From NCBI GenBank assembly GCA_963697755.1, contig CAVOPE010000007.1, positions 38,973-102,972 of the forward strand: a DNA stretch of 64,000 nucleotides. Direction: 5' to 3'. This document shows, in pieces, positions 9,874-21,701 of this stretch (the first letter of the stretch is position 1; every line of letters begins with the position of its first letter). This stretch comes from an uncultured Gemmatimonadales bacterium (GTDB taxonomy: Bacteria; Gemmatimonadota; Gemmatimonadetes; Gemmatimonadales; GWC2-71-9). The translations under genes and the position numbers were made by a program. The notes under the pieces are model-generated. The model was not told the origin of the DNA. It worked only from the letters and a program-made list of their open reading frames with translations, and made no database searches.

Positions 9874-10685
9874 ATCGCGTCGTCCCCTGACGGATCTTCT
9901 GAGGATCTTCGTTGGACGGCGGCGTTCCCGCGAAGGGAGCGCCGACGCGCTGCAGATAGCGGGCGACCTCGATTCCCATCGCGCGCACCAGCGAGGCCTC
10001 GCGCCCGTCTAGGTCGGCACGGAAGACGATCTCCCGGAACGAGCGCATTACGCTCTCCGACCGGCGGGTCTTGAAGAAATCGATGGCCCAGAGCGCCCGG
10101 TGCCAGTCGTCGAACAGCTCCTCGAGCTGCGCCGACGTGGCGGGCGCCGCCTCGCGGCGCGGCGGCTTGAGCGGCGCGTCCTCGCCGCCGCGCGCGTTCC
10201 ACGTCTCGTAGCCCATGATCGCGACCGCCTGCGCGAGGTTGAGCGATGGGTGGCTCGGATTGGTGGCGATCGTGACGACGGTCCGGCACAGGTCCAGCTC
10301 GGCGTTGGTCAGACCGCTGTCCTCCCGCCCCGCGATGATCGCCACCGAACCGACCTCGAGGTCCCGCACGACCTCCGCCGCCGCCTCGCGCGGCCGGAGC
10401 GTGCGCCGCTTGGCCGCCCGCTCGCGCCCGGTCAGCACGAACGTGGACACGCAGTCGCCGATGGCCGCCTCGAGCGACGGCAGGATCTCGATCCGGGCCA
10501 CGAAGTCCGCCGTGTTGTGGGCGATGCCTTCAATGCGCCATGGATCGAACACCTCGGGGTCGACCAGCCGCATGCGGTCGATCCCGAAGTTGCGCGCGAT
10601 CCGCACCGCGCTGGCGATGTTGACGATGTCCTGCGGGTTGACCAGCACGAGGATGGGCGACGCAGCGGGCGTTCGCCGCCCCGAC

Positions 10686-10714
<29 letters not shown>
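9870..10714 (-). CDS. TrmJ/TrmH-family (SPOUT) RNA methyltransferase; true stop uncertain
   Basis: LVLVNPQDIVNIASAVRIARNFG, GREDSGLTNAEL and SLNLAQAVAIMGYE. As sequenced the frame reads on to 9362. Confidence 0.8.
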
Positions 10715-12149
<1,435 letters not shown>

Positions 12150-12151
12150 TC

Positions 12152-12610
12152 TCAGTCGAGGGGGCGCGCGAGCCGGACGCGCGACTTGTTGACGTACCAG
12201 CTCACGTCATCGGTATCGATGGCGAAGAAGATGCCGGCACCATTCAGGTAGTCGAGCGTGCGGCTCCGAGAAGGCGGCAGCTCGAACGCGGCCCGACCGC
12301 GGTATTCCGCCCCGCCCTGCGTCACCACCTCCAGCTCGATGTGCCGCGCCGCGGTGACGCGGTCCGGATCGGTCAGGGTGACCTGGTTCCGACACGAGAC
12401 CACGACGACCTGGGACTTGGGCACGAACGACACCGCACCCTCCAGGGTCAGGGCGAAGAAGGTGTCGTCCCGGTTCAGCATCTCGAGTACCGTTTCCGGG
12501 CCGGGTGGATAGGTCGGGCGCGCGTACAAGTGCAGGTCGCCCGCGAGGACGATGCCTTCCGCCAGTACGACTTCGGCGGGCACCTTGGTGGTGATTCCCC
12601 ACTCGTTCAT
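12152..12610 (-). CDS. Hypothetical protein with two tandem Sm-like (DUF6812-like) repeats
   Basis: Two similar halves (EVV..G....G ... LN....FFA ... V.KS.V). Ends 2 nt before pilT. Confidence 0.65.
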   Translation of the reverse strand: MNEWGITTKVPAEVVLAEGIVLAGDLHLYARPTYPPGPETVLEMLNRDDTFFALTLEGAVSFVPKSQVVVVSCRNQVTLTDPDRVTAARHIELEVVTQGGAEYRGRAAFELPPSRSRTLDYLNGAGIFFAIDTDDVSWYVNKSRVRLARPLD

Positions 12611-12671
12611 GGGCGTTGTCCGGGCGAGTTGCCGGAAACTGCGGACAGGCGGTCATCGCGGCAAGTGGGCA

Positions 12672-13559
12672 TCAGCCGCGAATCTCCACGCCGGCCAGGC
12701 GTTCGGTCCGGCGGATGGGGTCGAGATAGTCCGCGGTCTCGCCCAGCGCGAGCCGCGCGGCATGCAGCACCGCCGCGCAGCGCTCGATGAGCGGCCCTTC
12801 GACGCCGGTCTCGGTCAGCAGGCCGGTGGCGATCCCGACGTCCTTGTCCAGCAGCGCCAGCCGGAACGTGCGCGGCCACGTCCCGGTGAGGACCCGCTCG
12901 GGGACGAGGGTGTCGCTCACGAACGACCGGCCGCTCGAGGAGTTGATCACCTCGAGCGCGCGCCGGGCGGGGACACCCGCCTTCACCAGGGCCGCCATCC
13001 CTTCGCCCACCGCAATGATGTTGAGCGCGAGGAGGGCGTTGTTCACCGCCTTGAGCGCGTCACCCGCGCCGACCGGCCCCACGTGGTCGATCCGCTTGCC
13101 GAACGCGGCGAGCAGGGGCCGCGCCCGCTCGAACGTGGCGGAATCCGCCCCGACCATCACCGTGAGCGTGCCGGCCTCCGCGCCGTTGGTCCCGCCGCTC
13201 ACCGGTGCGTCCGCGAAGGCGACGCCAGACGCGGCGAGGCGCTCCGCGATCCGCCGCGAGGTCGGCGGATCGCCGGAGGTGCAGTCGAGCAGGAGAGCGC
13301 CGGGCCGGAGGCCCGCGAGCAGGCCGTCCGGCCCCTCCAGCAGGGACGCGACGTCGGCCGACGTGCCCAGACAGGTGATCACGACCTCCGCGGCGGCCGC
13401 GGCGGCGCGCGGCGTGGCGGCCACGGTGGCGCCGTGGCGCTCGGCGAACGCCCGGGCGCGCTCCGCGGTCCGGTTCCAGACGGTGAGCGGTCCCCGGCGG
13501 ACGAGGTGCGCCGCCATCGGGGCTCCGATGGCGCCGAGGCCGAGGAAGCCGACGTGCAT
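12672..13559 (-). CDS. 3-hydroxyisobutyrate dehydrogenase-family NAD(P)-dependent oxidoreductase
   Basis: GFLGLGAIGAPMA, DAPVSGG and GAGDALKAVNN motifs. Confidence 0.9.
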   Translation of the reverse strand: MHVGFLGLGAIGAPMAAHLVRRGPLTVWNRTAERARAFAERHGATVAATPRAAAAAAEVVITCLGTSADVASLLEGPDGLLAGLRPGALLLDCTSGDPPTSRRIAERLAASGVAFADAPVSGGTNGAEAGTLTVMVGADSATFERARPLLAAFGKRIDHVGPVGAGDALKAVNNALLALNIIAVGEGMAALVKAGVPARRALEVINSSSGRSFVSDTLVPERVLTGTWPRTFRLALLDKDVGIATGLLTETGVEGPLIERCAAVLHAARLALGETADYLDPIRRTERLAGVEIRG

Positions 13560-13652
13560 CGAGCGGACGTCCTTTCGGTGCGGAGTGGGAAGGAACGAGC
13601 GAATACTAGCGCGCCCGCAACCGGGCGGTACTGGGGTAAATTTGTGGCGACC

Positions 13653-14846
13653 ATGGGCGCGCGCATCCTTCACGTCGATCTGGACGCCTTCTTCGTCGAG
13701 GTGTGCCGCCAGCGGCACCCCGAGCTGCGCGACATCGAGCTGCTGGTGGTCGGCGGTCGCCGCGATCAGCGTGGCGTCGTCCAGTCTGCGTCCTACGGCG
13801 CCCGCCGGTTCGGCATCCACGCCGGCATGCCGATCGCGCAGGCGGTTCGCCTCTGCCCCCAGGCCACCTTCTTCCAGGGCTCGTTCCCGCACTATCGCGA
13901 CGCCTCGCACGCGGTGCGCCGGGTGCTGGAGCGGTTCTCGCCGACCGTCGTGATGGCCTCGCTCGACGAAGCCTACCTCGACTTCGCGGGCACCGAGCGA
14001 CTGCACCCCGTGTCGCTCCTGCCGGTGGCCGAACAGCTGCGCGACGCCGTGCGGGCGGACACGGGGCTCGACTGCAGCGTCGGGATCGGCCCCAATCGGA
14101 TGATCGCCAAGCTCGCGTCGGACGCGGCCAAGCCACGGGGTTTGATGGAGGTGCGCGCGGGGTGGGAAGCGGGGTTCCTGGCCGGCCTGGCGCTGAAGGC
14201 GATGCCCGGGGTCGGCCCCAAGACGGCGGAGCGCTGGGCGGAGCTCGGCCTGGTGGACGTGTGGCAGATCCAGCGGATGGAGGAGTCCGCGCTCGAGCGC
14301 CTGATCGGCCGGGAGGCGCGGGCGCTCAAGCGGCGGGCCGAGGGGTACGGCGGCACGACGCTGCGCGGCGACCGGCTGCCCCGCTCGGTCAGCCGCGAGA
14401 CCACCCTCTCCCGCGATCTCCGGGACCCCGTGGCGCTGGAGGCCACGCTGTCATTGCTCACGGCCCGCGTGGCGGGTCAGCTCCGGGAGGAGGGCCTCGT
14501 CGCCCGGACGGTCAGCCTCAAGCTGCGCCACGACGACTTTCACACGGTCACGCGGCGGCACACGTTCGAGATGGCGACGGACCTGGACGGCGAGCTCTAT
14601 GGCGCCGCGCGCGACCTGTTCCGGGCGGCCTTCGCCGACGTGCGGGACCGCAATCGCGGCGTGCGCCTCATCGGCATCGCGGCCACCAATCTGGGCGTCG
14701 CGGCGGAGGCGGACCTGTTCGAGGCGCCGGCGCGCCAGCGGCTGCGCGATCTTTCGGTAGCGGTGGATCACCTGCGCGAGAAATTCGGGTTCGGCGCCGT
14801 CACACCCGGCAGCGCGCTCCGCGCCCGGCGGCGCCCGCGCGAGTGA
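13653..14846 (+). CDS. dinB: DNA polymerase IV (Y-family)
   Basis: ILHVDLDAFF, SASYGARRFGIHAGMP, SLDEAYLD and KLASDAAKPRG. Confidence 0.93.
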   Translation: MGARILHVDLDAFFVEVCRQRHPELRDIELLVVGGRRDQRGVVQSASYGARRFGIHAGMPIAQAVRLCPQATFFQGSFPHYRDASHAVRRVLERFSPTVVMASLDEAYLDFAGTERLHPVSLLPVAEQLRDAVRADTGLDCSVGIGPNRMIAKLASDAAKPRGLMEVRAGWEAGFLAGLALKAMPGVGPKTAERWAELGLVDVWQIQRMEESALERLIGREARALKRRAEGYGGTTLRGDRLPRSVSRETTLSRDLRDPVALEATLSLLTARVAGQLREEGLVARTVSLKLRHDDFHTVTRRHTFEMATDLDGELYGAARDLFRAAFADVRDRNRGVRLIGIAATNLGVAAEADLFEAPARQRLRDLSVAVDHLREKFGFGAVTPGSALRARRRPRE

Positions 14847-14855
14847 TCGGCTCGG

Positions 14856-15524
14856 TCAGCCGCCGCGGTGCAGGTCCTTGTCCTCGAAGCGCAGGCCAAC
14901 CGTGCCGTCCGGCGCCGTGACCTGCGATCCCAGCTCGCGGAAGGTGGCCGTGCCGACACCGCGGGTCCACGCGCTCACCGTGCTGTTCTGGTAGAGCCGG
15001 TAGTAGCCGATAAACACCCGGCGGGCTCCGGGCCGCACCGCGCAGCCGCAATCCACCGCCCCTTGCAGGCCCGCATTCACCGTCACCCGGAGCAATTGCG
15101 TGCCGGCGTTGGTGACAAGCGGCGCGAAGTAGGCGCCGTCCGTAGTCCGGCTCGCCGCCCTGGCACGCACGGTGCCCGAGGGCCCTCGCAGGACCGTCGA
15201 TCCCCGCATCTCCTCGCCCATCGGCGTCCCGTTCGCCGAGAGCGGCCGCACCAGCTCCCACTGCGCCACCAGGGTCCGTCCCCGCGCCACCGGCAGTCGC
15301 ACGCTCGCGCCCGGCGCGACGCTACGCGGCGCGTCGTCGCCGACGCTGAGCCGCACCGGCGCGGCCAGTTCGTTGGTGAACACGAGCCGCGGCCGCAACA
15401 GCAGAAACACGCCCGCGCCGGCCGCCGCGATGAGCAAGACCAGGAGCATCAGCGCCAGACGTGGCACGCCCGGCGCGGCGACCGGCGGACCAGGCGTGGC
15501 GGCGTCGCGGTCGGCGATGGTCAT
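14856..15524 (-). CDS. Single-TM protein paralogous to the extracytoplasmic domain of the upstream kinase
   Basis: TM followed by AQWELVRP, FAPLVTN and DCGCAVRPG..IGYY, all shared with the kinase C-terminus. Confidence 0.75.
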   Translation of the reverse strand: MTIADRDAATPGPPVAAPGVPRLALMLLVLLIAAAGAGVFLLLRPRLVFTNELAAPVRLSVGDDAPRSVAPGASVRLPVARGRTLVAQWELVRPLSANGTPMGEEMRGSTVLRGPSGTVRARAASRTTDGAYFAPLVTNAGTQLLRVTVNAGLQGAVDCGCAVRPGARRVFIGYYRLYQNSTVSAWTRGVGTATFRELGSQVTAPDGTVGLRFEDKDLHRGG

Positions 15525-17290
15525 CAGCGGACGGGGAGGATCCCCTGGAGTGGGTTGCTCGGCCGGGCGCGCTGCCGGCGCGACGGCTCGTCATGCGGCG
15601 GCGTTGGCGGACGGATGAGCGACCGGTCGGTGACCGCGAAGACCACGGCGCCGCTGGTTGAATCGATTCCGGTCGGGTCGAGATGGAAGCGCCCGACAGC
15701 CCCGGCGGAGTCGCGTACCCGGACCTGACTCCCCGGCACGGCGGCGTAATAGCCGAGCCGGAGCGAGTCGCCCGGCGGGATGACGCAGCCGCACTCCGTC
15801 GTGTCCCGGCCGATGACGACCGAGGCGCTGACCGGCCGGCGCGAGCGGTTCACCACCATCGGCGAGAATCGCCGCCGCCCATCCCGCGCCGCGATGACCT
15901 CGCCGCGGATGTCGCCCCGGACCTCGTCGCTCGCGATGGTCCCCTCGAGGGCCGCGCCGAGCATTCGTCCGTCCGCGGTGCCCGGCCGCACCATCGCCCA
16001 TTGCGCCTCGAACGCCTGCCGCGGCCGGAGCGGGAGACGCAGGCTGTCACCGGCGCCGACGGTGACGGCGGTGTCGTCGAGCGTGAGCGCGATGGGCTCG
16101 GTGAGCCGGTTGTACACCAGCAGCGTCGGGTGCGCGGCCACCGGCACCGGCCGCGGGCGCACCGAAGCCCAGAGTGCTCCGACGGCCGCGACCAGGCCGA
16201 GCGCGACCATGGTCCGCCGCCGACCGATCGGCCGCCCCGCCGGGCGCACGGCGCGCGGCATCGCGGCCGTCGGCGTCTCGTCTTCCGACCGCGGCGAGTG
16301 CTCGCCGGACCGCGGCGTCGACGCCGCCCCCCGACCAGCGCGGAGCGCATCGAGCACGCCGCGGGCGTCGGGAAAACGATCGTCGGGATGCTTGGCGAGG
16401 CAGCGGACGATGACCGCGGAGAGCCACGGCGGAACGCGGTCGCGGGAGAGCGTCGCCATCGGCACCGGTTCGTGCAGATGGCGCGTCACGATCTCCTGCG
16501 AGTCGGCGCCCCCGAACGGCGGCGCGCCGGTGACCATCTGGAAGAGGACGACGCCCATCCCGTACACGTCGGTGCGGGCGTCGACGTCCTGGCGGCCGAG
16601 CGCCTGCTCGGGGCTCATGTAGAGCGGCGTGCCGACGATGTAGCCGGTCTGGGTGTGGCCGGCCGGCCCGTCCAGGTACTTCACGATGCCGAAATCCACC
16701 AGCAGCGGGCGCCCGGTGGTGCCGTCGATGAGGATGTTGTCCGGCTTCACGTCCCGATGGACCAGGCCGTGCTCGTGGGCGTGCTGCAGGGTCTCGAGGA
16801 TCGGCTCCGCGATGGCCAGGGCCCGCTCCACCGACAACGCGCCGTCGGTGCGCAAGAGCTCCGCCAGCGTACGCCCCTCGCAATAGGGCATCACGTAGAA
16901 GACCAGGCCCTCCGCCTCGCCGACGAAATGGATAGGCAGGGTGTTGGGATGGCTCAGGCGGGCGATGGCCCGCGCTTCCTGCTTGAAGCGCGCGAGCGTC
17001 GCGGAGCTCCAGGGGATGTCATCCCGCAGCACCTTCACCGCGAGCCGTCGGTGCAGGTCCTCGTCGCGTACCTCGTACACCTCGGCGAAGCCGCCCTGGC
17101 CCAGCAGCCGGACGACGCGGTAGTTCCGGCCGAGGGCGCGCGCGAGCGCCTCGGCTCGGCGGGGCACCACAGCCCGCGCCTGGGGGGCGAGGTGCTCGCC
17201 GCTGAACAAGGCGAGGCTGCCGGGACCGCACCGGGGACAATGTGTGGTACCGTCGGCCAGCGGCGCGTGGCAGGATGAGCAGACCAGCAA
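15524..17290 (-). CDS. Hanks-type Ser/Thr kinase (N-terminal Zn ribbon, TM, extracytoplasmic domain)
   Basis: CSSC..CPRC, LGQGGFAEV, AVKVL, HRDVKPDN, DFG, GTPLYMSPEQ and a TM segment. Confidence 0.92.
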   Translation of the reverse strand: MLVCSSCHAPLADGTTHCPRCGPGSLALFSGEHLAPQARAVVPRRAEALARALGRNYRVVRLLGQGGFAEVYEVRDEDLHRRLAVKVLRDDIPWSSATLARFKQEARAIARLSHPNTLPIHFVGEAEGLVFYVMPYCEGRTLAELLRTDGALSVERALAIAEPILETLQHAHEHGLVHRDVKPDNILIDGTTGRPLLVDFGIVKYLDGPAGHTQTGYIVGTPLYMSPEQALGRQDVDARTDVYGMGVVLFQMVTGAPPFGGADSQEIVTRHLHEPVPMATLSRDRVPPWLSAVIVRCLAKHPDDRFPDARGVLDALRAGRGAASTPRSGEHSPRSEDETPTAAMPRAVRPAGRPIGRRRTMVALGLVAAVGALWASVRPRPVPVAAHPTLLVYNRLTEPIALTLDDTAVTVGAGDSLRLPLRPRQAFEAQWAMVRPGTADGRMLGAALEGTIASDEVRGDIRGEVIAARDGRRRFSPMVVNRSRRPVSASVVIGRDTTECGCVIPPGDSLRLGYYAAVPGSQVRVRDSAGAVGRFHLDPTGIDSTSGAVVFAVTDRSLIRPPTPPHDEPSRRQRARPSNPLQGILPVR

Positions 17291-17478
17291 CGGCGGTTCT
17301 CCTATCGAAGCCCCGTAAAGCTTAACCCCGCCGTGGCCGGGCGGGAGGGCGGCGACACCGGCGACTGCTCGAGGACAGAGCGGTGCATGTTTGGCACAGT
17401 CTTGGTGATTTCATGCCATTACGAGGCCATATTTTGCACTAGTGGCCCAGACAAATTTGCCTAACCTGCACAATCGGC

Positions 17479-17507
17479 TTGACACCCACTGGATCGCCCC
17501 ATATACT
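17479..17507 (+). promoter_or_regulatory. Near-consensus sigma70 promoter of glnA
   Basis: TTGACA-N17-TATACT in an AT-richer intergenic region. Confidence 0.8.
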
Positions 17508-17710
17508 CCCCATCGTCGAACGCACTGATCCCCCGATGGCGAGACCGGGCATGCGCCAGCCAAACCGAAATCGCACTCTGCCCGACCGCGAGCCGCCCGG
17601 GGCGATGGCACTCTGCGCCGTGCCTCCGACGCCCCCGCGGCCCCCAGGCGACGCGGGGGCGTCCCGTTTGTAGTCGACGACCACCCTTTACCCCGAGCGT
17701 GAGAACCGCC

Positions 17711-19177
17711 ATGGCCACGACCGCCCGCACGAGTGCCCAGCAACGGATCACCCAGACGAGTGAGGTAGGCAAACTGCTCGACCTCATCCGCCAGGAGAAC
17801 ATCCAGGTGGTGGACGTGAAGTTCTGCGACCTCCCGGGCACCTGGCAGCACTTCTCCATCCCCGCGTCGACGCTGGACGAGGAGATGATCCGCGAGGGGC
17901 TGGGCTTCGACGGCTCGTCCATCCGCGGCTTCCAGGCGATCAACGAGAGCGACATGCTCCTGCTGCCGGACGTGTCGACGGCCTTCGTCGATCCGGTGCT
18001 CGAGGTGCCGACGCTCTCGCTCACGTGCGACATCTACGATCCGCTCACCCTGGAGCCCTATTCCCGGGACCCGCGGTTCATCGCGTTCAAGGCCGAGGAG
18101 TACCTGCGGACCACCGGCATCGCCACCGCGTCGTTCTGGGGCCCCGAGGCGGAGTTCTTCATCTTCAACAACGTCCGTTTCGATCAGAACGCGCACGAGG
18201 CCTACTACCACATCGACGCCGAAGAGGGGGTGTGGAACTCGGGGCGGAACGGCAGCAGTCCCAACCTGGGGCACCGGCCGAGACACAAGGAGGGCTACTT
18301 CCCCGTCCCGCCCGCCGACCGGCTGCAGGACGTACGCTCCAAGATCATGCTGGCGCTGATCAAAGCCGGGGTCCCGGTCGAGGTGCAGCACCACGAGGTG
18401 GCTACCGCTGGTCAGGCGGAGATCGACTTCAAGTTCGGCACCCTGGTCCAGACGGCCGACCGGCTGATGGCGTACAAGTACGTGGTCAAGAACGTCTGCC
18501 ACAACCTGGGCTACACGGCCACCTTCATGCCCAAGCCGCTGTTCGGGGACAATGGCTCGGGGATGCACGTCCACCAGTCGCTGTGGAAGGGCGACACGCC
18601 GCTCTTCTACGACGAGAGCGGCTACGCGCTGCTGTCGGAGACGGCCCGACACTACATCGGCGGGCTCATCGCTCACGCGCCTGCGTTGCTGGCCCTCTGC
18701 GCTCCGACAACCAACAGCTACCGCCGCCTGGTCCCTGGATTCGAGGCGCCGGTCAACCTGATGTACTCGGCGCGGAACCGCTCGGCGATCTGCCGGATTC
18801 CGACGTACTCGAGCAGCCCGAAGGCGCGGCGGGTCGAGTTCCGTGCGCCCGATCCGACGGCCAACCCCTACCTCGCCTTCTCGGCCCTGCTCATGGCCGG
18901 CCTCGACGGCATCCAGCGGAAGCTCGAGCCGCCCGCGCCGATCGACGAGGACCTGTACGAGCTGCACGACGAGCGGAAGGCGTCGATCAAGATGGTCCCG
19001 GGGTCGCTGGCGGAATCGGTCGCCGCGCTCGAGGCGGATCACGAGTTCCTGCTCAAGGGCGACGTGTTCACGTCCGACGTGCTCGACACCTGGATCACGA
19101 TGAAGCGCACCAAGGACATCGCGCCCATCAACCTGCGGCCGCATCCGTACGAGTTCTTCCTCTATTACGACGCGTAA
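17711..19177 (+). CDS. glnA: Glutamine synthetase type I
   Basis: [53 protein letters not shown] and DLY (adenylylation-site Tyr). Confidence 0.97.
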   Translation: MATTARTSAQQRITQTSEVGKLLDLIRQENIQVVDVKFCDLPGTWQHFSIPASTLDEEMIREGLGFDGSSIRGFQAINESDMLLLPDVSTAFVDPVLEVPTLSLTCDIYDPLTLEPYSRDPRFIAFKAEEYLRTTGIATASFWGPEAEFFIFNNVRFDQNAHEAYYHIDAEEGVWNSGRNGSSPNLGHRPRHKEGYFPVPPADRLQDVRSKIMLALIKAGVPVEVQHHEVATAGQAEIDFKFGTLVQTADRLMAYKYVVKNVCHNLGYTATFMPKPLFGDNGSGMHVHQSLWKGDTPLFYDESGYALLSETARHYIGGLIAHAPALLALCAPTTNSYRRLVPGFEAPVNLMYSARNRSAICRIPTYSSSPKARRVEFRAPDPTANPYLAFSALLMAGLDGIQRKLEPPAPIDEDLYELHDERKASIKMVPGSLAESVAALEADHEFLLKGDVFTSDVLDTWITMKRTKDIAPINLRPHPYEFFLYYDA

Positions 19178-19278
19178 AGAGGACGGAGAGGACGGAGAGG
19201 ACGGACAGGGACTGCCGCTCGGACAGGGTTGCCCTGTCCGCCTCTCCGTCCTCTCCGTCTTCTCCGTCCTCTCCGTCT
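19178..19278. repeat. Palindromic element built from 9-bp tandem repeats
   Basis: (AGAGGACGG)x3, then inner hairpin CGGACAGGG-TTG-CCCTGTCCG, then (CCTCTCCGT)x4 with one variant copy. Confidence 0.85.
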
Positions 19279-19302
19279 GCTCCCCTCTGCTACATTTCTG
19301 CC

Positions 19303-20976
19303 ATGTCCAACCTCAGAAGCGCCGCGATCACCGCCGGCGTCCAGCGCGCGCCCAACCGGGCCATGCTCCGCGCCGTGGGCTTCGGCGACGCCGACTTCGG
19401 CAAGCCGATCATCGGTATCGCCAACGGCTACAGCACCATCACGCCCTGCAACGCGGGGCTCGACGTGCTCGCCGACCGTGCGGAGGTGGCGGTGAAGGCG
19501 GCCGGCGCCATGCCGCAGGTCTTCGGGACCATCACCGTCAGCGACGGCATCTCGATGGGCACCGAGGGGATGAAGTACTCGCTGGTCTCCCGCGAGGTCA
19601 TCGCCGACTCGATCGAGACGGCGTGCGGAGCCGAGAGCATGGACGGCGTCGTCGCGATCGGCGGGTGCGACAAGAACATGCCGGGGGCGATGATCGCGAT
19701 CGCCCGGATGAACATCCCGGCCATCTTCGTCTACGGCGGCACGATCAAGCCGGGACGCCTGGCGGGCCGCGACCTCACCGTGGTGAGCGCGTTCGAGGCC
19801 GTGGGACAGTTCAGCGCCGGCCGCATCGGCGAGAAGGAGCTGCTCGAGGTCGAGCGCCATGCCTGCCCCGGCAAGGGCTCGTGCGGCGGGATGTTCACGG
19901 CCAACACCATGTCGTCGGTGTTCGAGGCGATGGGCATGAGCCTGCCCCGGTCCTCCACCATGGCGGCCGAGGATGCCGAGAAGGCCGAGAGCGCCGCCCG
20001 CTCCGGCGAGGTGCTGGTGAACGCGGTGCGCCGGGGGATCCTGCCCCGCGCCATCCTCACGCGGCAGGCGTTCGAGAACGGGATCAGCGTCGCCATGGCG
20101 CTCGGCGGCAGCACCAACGCGGTGCTGCACCTGCTGGCCATCGCCCACTCGGCCGGGGTGCCGCTCGCGCTCGACGACTTCGAGGCGATCCGCGCTCGCG
20201 TACCCGTGCTGTGCGACCTCAAGCCGTCGGGCCGGTACGTCGCGACCGATCTGCACGCCGCCGGCGGAGTGCCGCAGGTCATGAAGATGCTGCTGGCCCA
20301 CGGCCTCCTGCATGGCGACGCGCTGACGATCACCGGCGAGACCATCGCGGAAAGCCTGCGGGACGTTCCCGCCAACCCTCGAGCCGACCAGGACGTGATC
20401 CGGCCATGGGCGCGTCCACTCTACGCGCAGGGCCATCTGGCCGTGCTCCGCGGCAACCTCGCGCCCGAGGGCGCGGTCGCGAAGATCACCGGCGTCAAGG
20501 AGCCCCGCATCACCGGGCCGGCCCGCGTGTTCGAGTCGGAGGAGGCATGCCTCGACGCCATCCTGGCCGGCCGGATCCGCCCGGGCGACGTCATCGTCAT
20601 TCGCTACGAGGGACCGCGCGGCGGACCGGGCATGCGGGAGATGCTGGCGCCGACCTCCGCGATCATCGGCGCGGGGCTGGGCGATTCGGTCGCCCTGATC
20701 ACCGACGGACGGTTCTCGGGCGGCACCTACGGGCTCGTGGTCGGCCACGTCGCGCCCGAGGCGGCGGCTGGCGGACCGCTCGCGCTCGTCGAGGAAGGCG
20801 ACCGCATCACGATCGACGCCCACGAACGCCTTCTCGCCGTCGACCTCGGCGCGGACGTGCTCGCCCGCCGGCGCGACGCGTGGACGCCGCCGGCGCCCCG
20901 CTACACCGCCGGCGTGCTGCTCAAGTACGCCCGTCAGGTCTCGAGCGCGAGCCTGGGCGCGGTGACGGATCTCTAG
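19303..20976 (+). CDS. ilvD: Dihydroxy-acid dehydratase
   Basis: [41 protein letters not shown] and [17 protein letters not shown] sits 6 nt before the ATG, so the mRNA may be leaderless. Confidence 0.96.
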   Translation: MSNLRSAAITAGVQRAPNRAMLRAVGFGDADFGKPIIGIANGYSTITPCNAGLDVLADRAEVAVKAAGAMPQVFGTITVSDGISMGTEGMKYSLVSREVIADSIETACGAESMDGVVAIGGCDKNMPGAMIAIARMNIPAIFVYGGTIKPGRLAGRDLTVVSAFEAVGQFSAGRIGEKELLEVERHACPGKGSCGGMFTANTMSSVFEAMGMSLPRSSTMAAEDAEKAESAARSGEVLVNAVRRGILPRAILTRQAFENGISVAMALGGSTNAVLHLLAIAHSAGVPLALDDFEAIRARVPVLCDLKPSGRYVATDLHAAGGVPQVMKMLLAHGLLHGDALTITGETIAESLRDVPANPRADQDVIRPWARPLYAQGHLAVLRGNLAPEGAVAKITGVKEPRITGPARVFESEEACLDAILAGRIRPGDVIVIRYEGPRGGPGMREMLAPTSAIIGAGLGDSVALITDGRFSGGTYGLVVGHVAPEAAAGGPLALVEEGDRITIDAHERLLAVDLGADVLARRRDAWTPPAPRYTAGVLLKYARQVSSASLGAVTDL

Positions 20977-21049
20977 CCCGGCGTCGGTCGGCACCCGGCC
21001 GAGGGTCGACCGGCCACACTCCGCCGCTCGAGCGAGCCTGAGCGGTCTC

Positions 21050-21688
21050 GTGGCCGTGATCTCGCTCGTGCTGTTCGTGGCGCTCGCGATCGCCGTCCAG
21101 GCGGGGTGGACCGAGGCGCTCGACGTCCGTCTCATGCTGGCCATCGGGACCAACCGTCCTGCCTGGGCCACGCGGCTCCTGCAGGCCGCGAGCGTGATCG
21201 GGTCGGGCGCCGTGGAGATCCCGCTCGGGCTGTTTCTCAGCTTCCAGCTCGCGCGGATCCGCCGACGCGGCGAATCGGCCGGGTACGCCTCGGCGGTGCT
21301 GAGCGGCTGGGCCGTGTCGGCGCTGGCCAAGCTCCTCTTTCGGCGCACGCGGCCGCACGTGATCCCTCGTCTGATGCGCGGCGCCGGCTGGCATTCCTTC
21401 CCCTCTGGCCACGCCACCCTCGCGCCGCTGGTGTTCGGGCTGGGCGCCCTCATCTGGGCGTCGCCCTGGTCCACGCGGACGCGCGTCGCGTTGCTGGCCG
21501 CAGCGGCGACGCTCTCCATCCTGGTGGCCTATTCGAGAGTCTACCTGGGCATGCATTGGCCGAGTGATGCCGCCGGCGGCCTGCTGCTCGGCACGGCCTG
21601 GGCGGCCATGTGGGTGTGGTGGTGGGAACGCACGAGGATCCTGGACCGACGGAGCAGCGCGCGACACGACCAGGACCGCGCCGCGTAG
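21050..21688 (+). CDS. PAP2-family membrane phosphatase
   Basis: KLLFRRTRP, SFPSGHA and SRVYLGMHWPSD motifs. Confidence 0.9.
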   Translation: MAVISLVLFVALAIAVQAGWTEALDVRLMLAIGTNRPAWATRLLQAASVIGSGAVEIPLGLFLSFQLARIRRRGESAGYASAVLSGWAVSALAKLLFRRTRPHVIPRLMRGAGWHSFPSGHATLAPLVFGLGALIWASPWSTRTRVALLAAAATLSILVAYSRVYLGMHWPSDAAGGLLLGTAWAAMWVWWWERTRILDRRSSARHDQDRAA

Positions 21689-21701
21689 CGCGGCGCCGCC
21701 G

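Noticed and set aside
13560-13652. LexA/SOS box upstream of dinB
   Set aside because: No convincing match to LexA motifs that I know.
17270-17285. Heme c motif (CSSCH) in the kinase N-terminus
   Set aside because: It is cytoplasmic and paired with a second CxxC, so a zinc ribbon is the better explanation.
17391-17406. sigma54 promoter for glnA (TTGGCACAGTCTTGGT)
   Set aside because: GG-N10 is followed by GT rather than GC, and a much better sigma70 promoter lies downstream.
17512-17530. Glutamine (glnA-motif) riboswitch
   Set aside because: Only a short ATCGT..GAACGCAC resemblance; the three-way-junction core is not visible.
19178-19278. CRISPR-like array
   Set aside because: The units are 9 bp, directly tandem and without spacers, and there are no cas genes.
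18025-19302. Apparent 983-aa IlvD with a long N-terminal extension
   Set aside because: The extension is an alternative frame of glnA plus the repeat element. IlvD homology starts at 19303.
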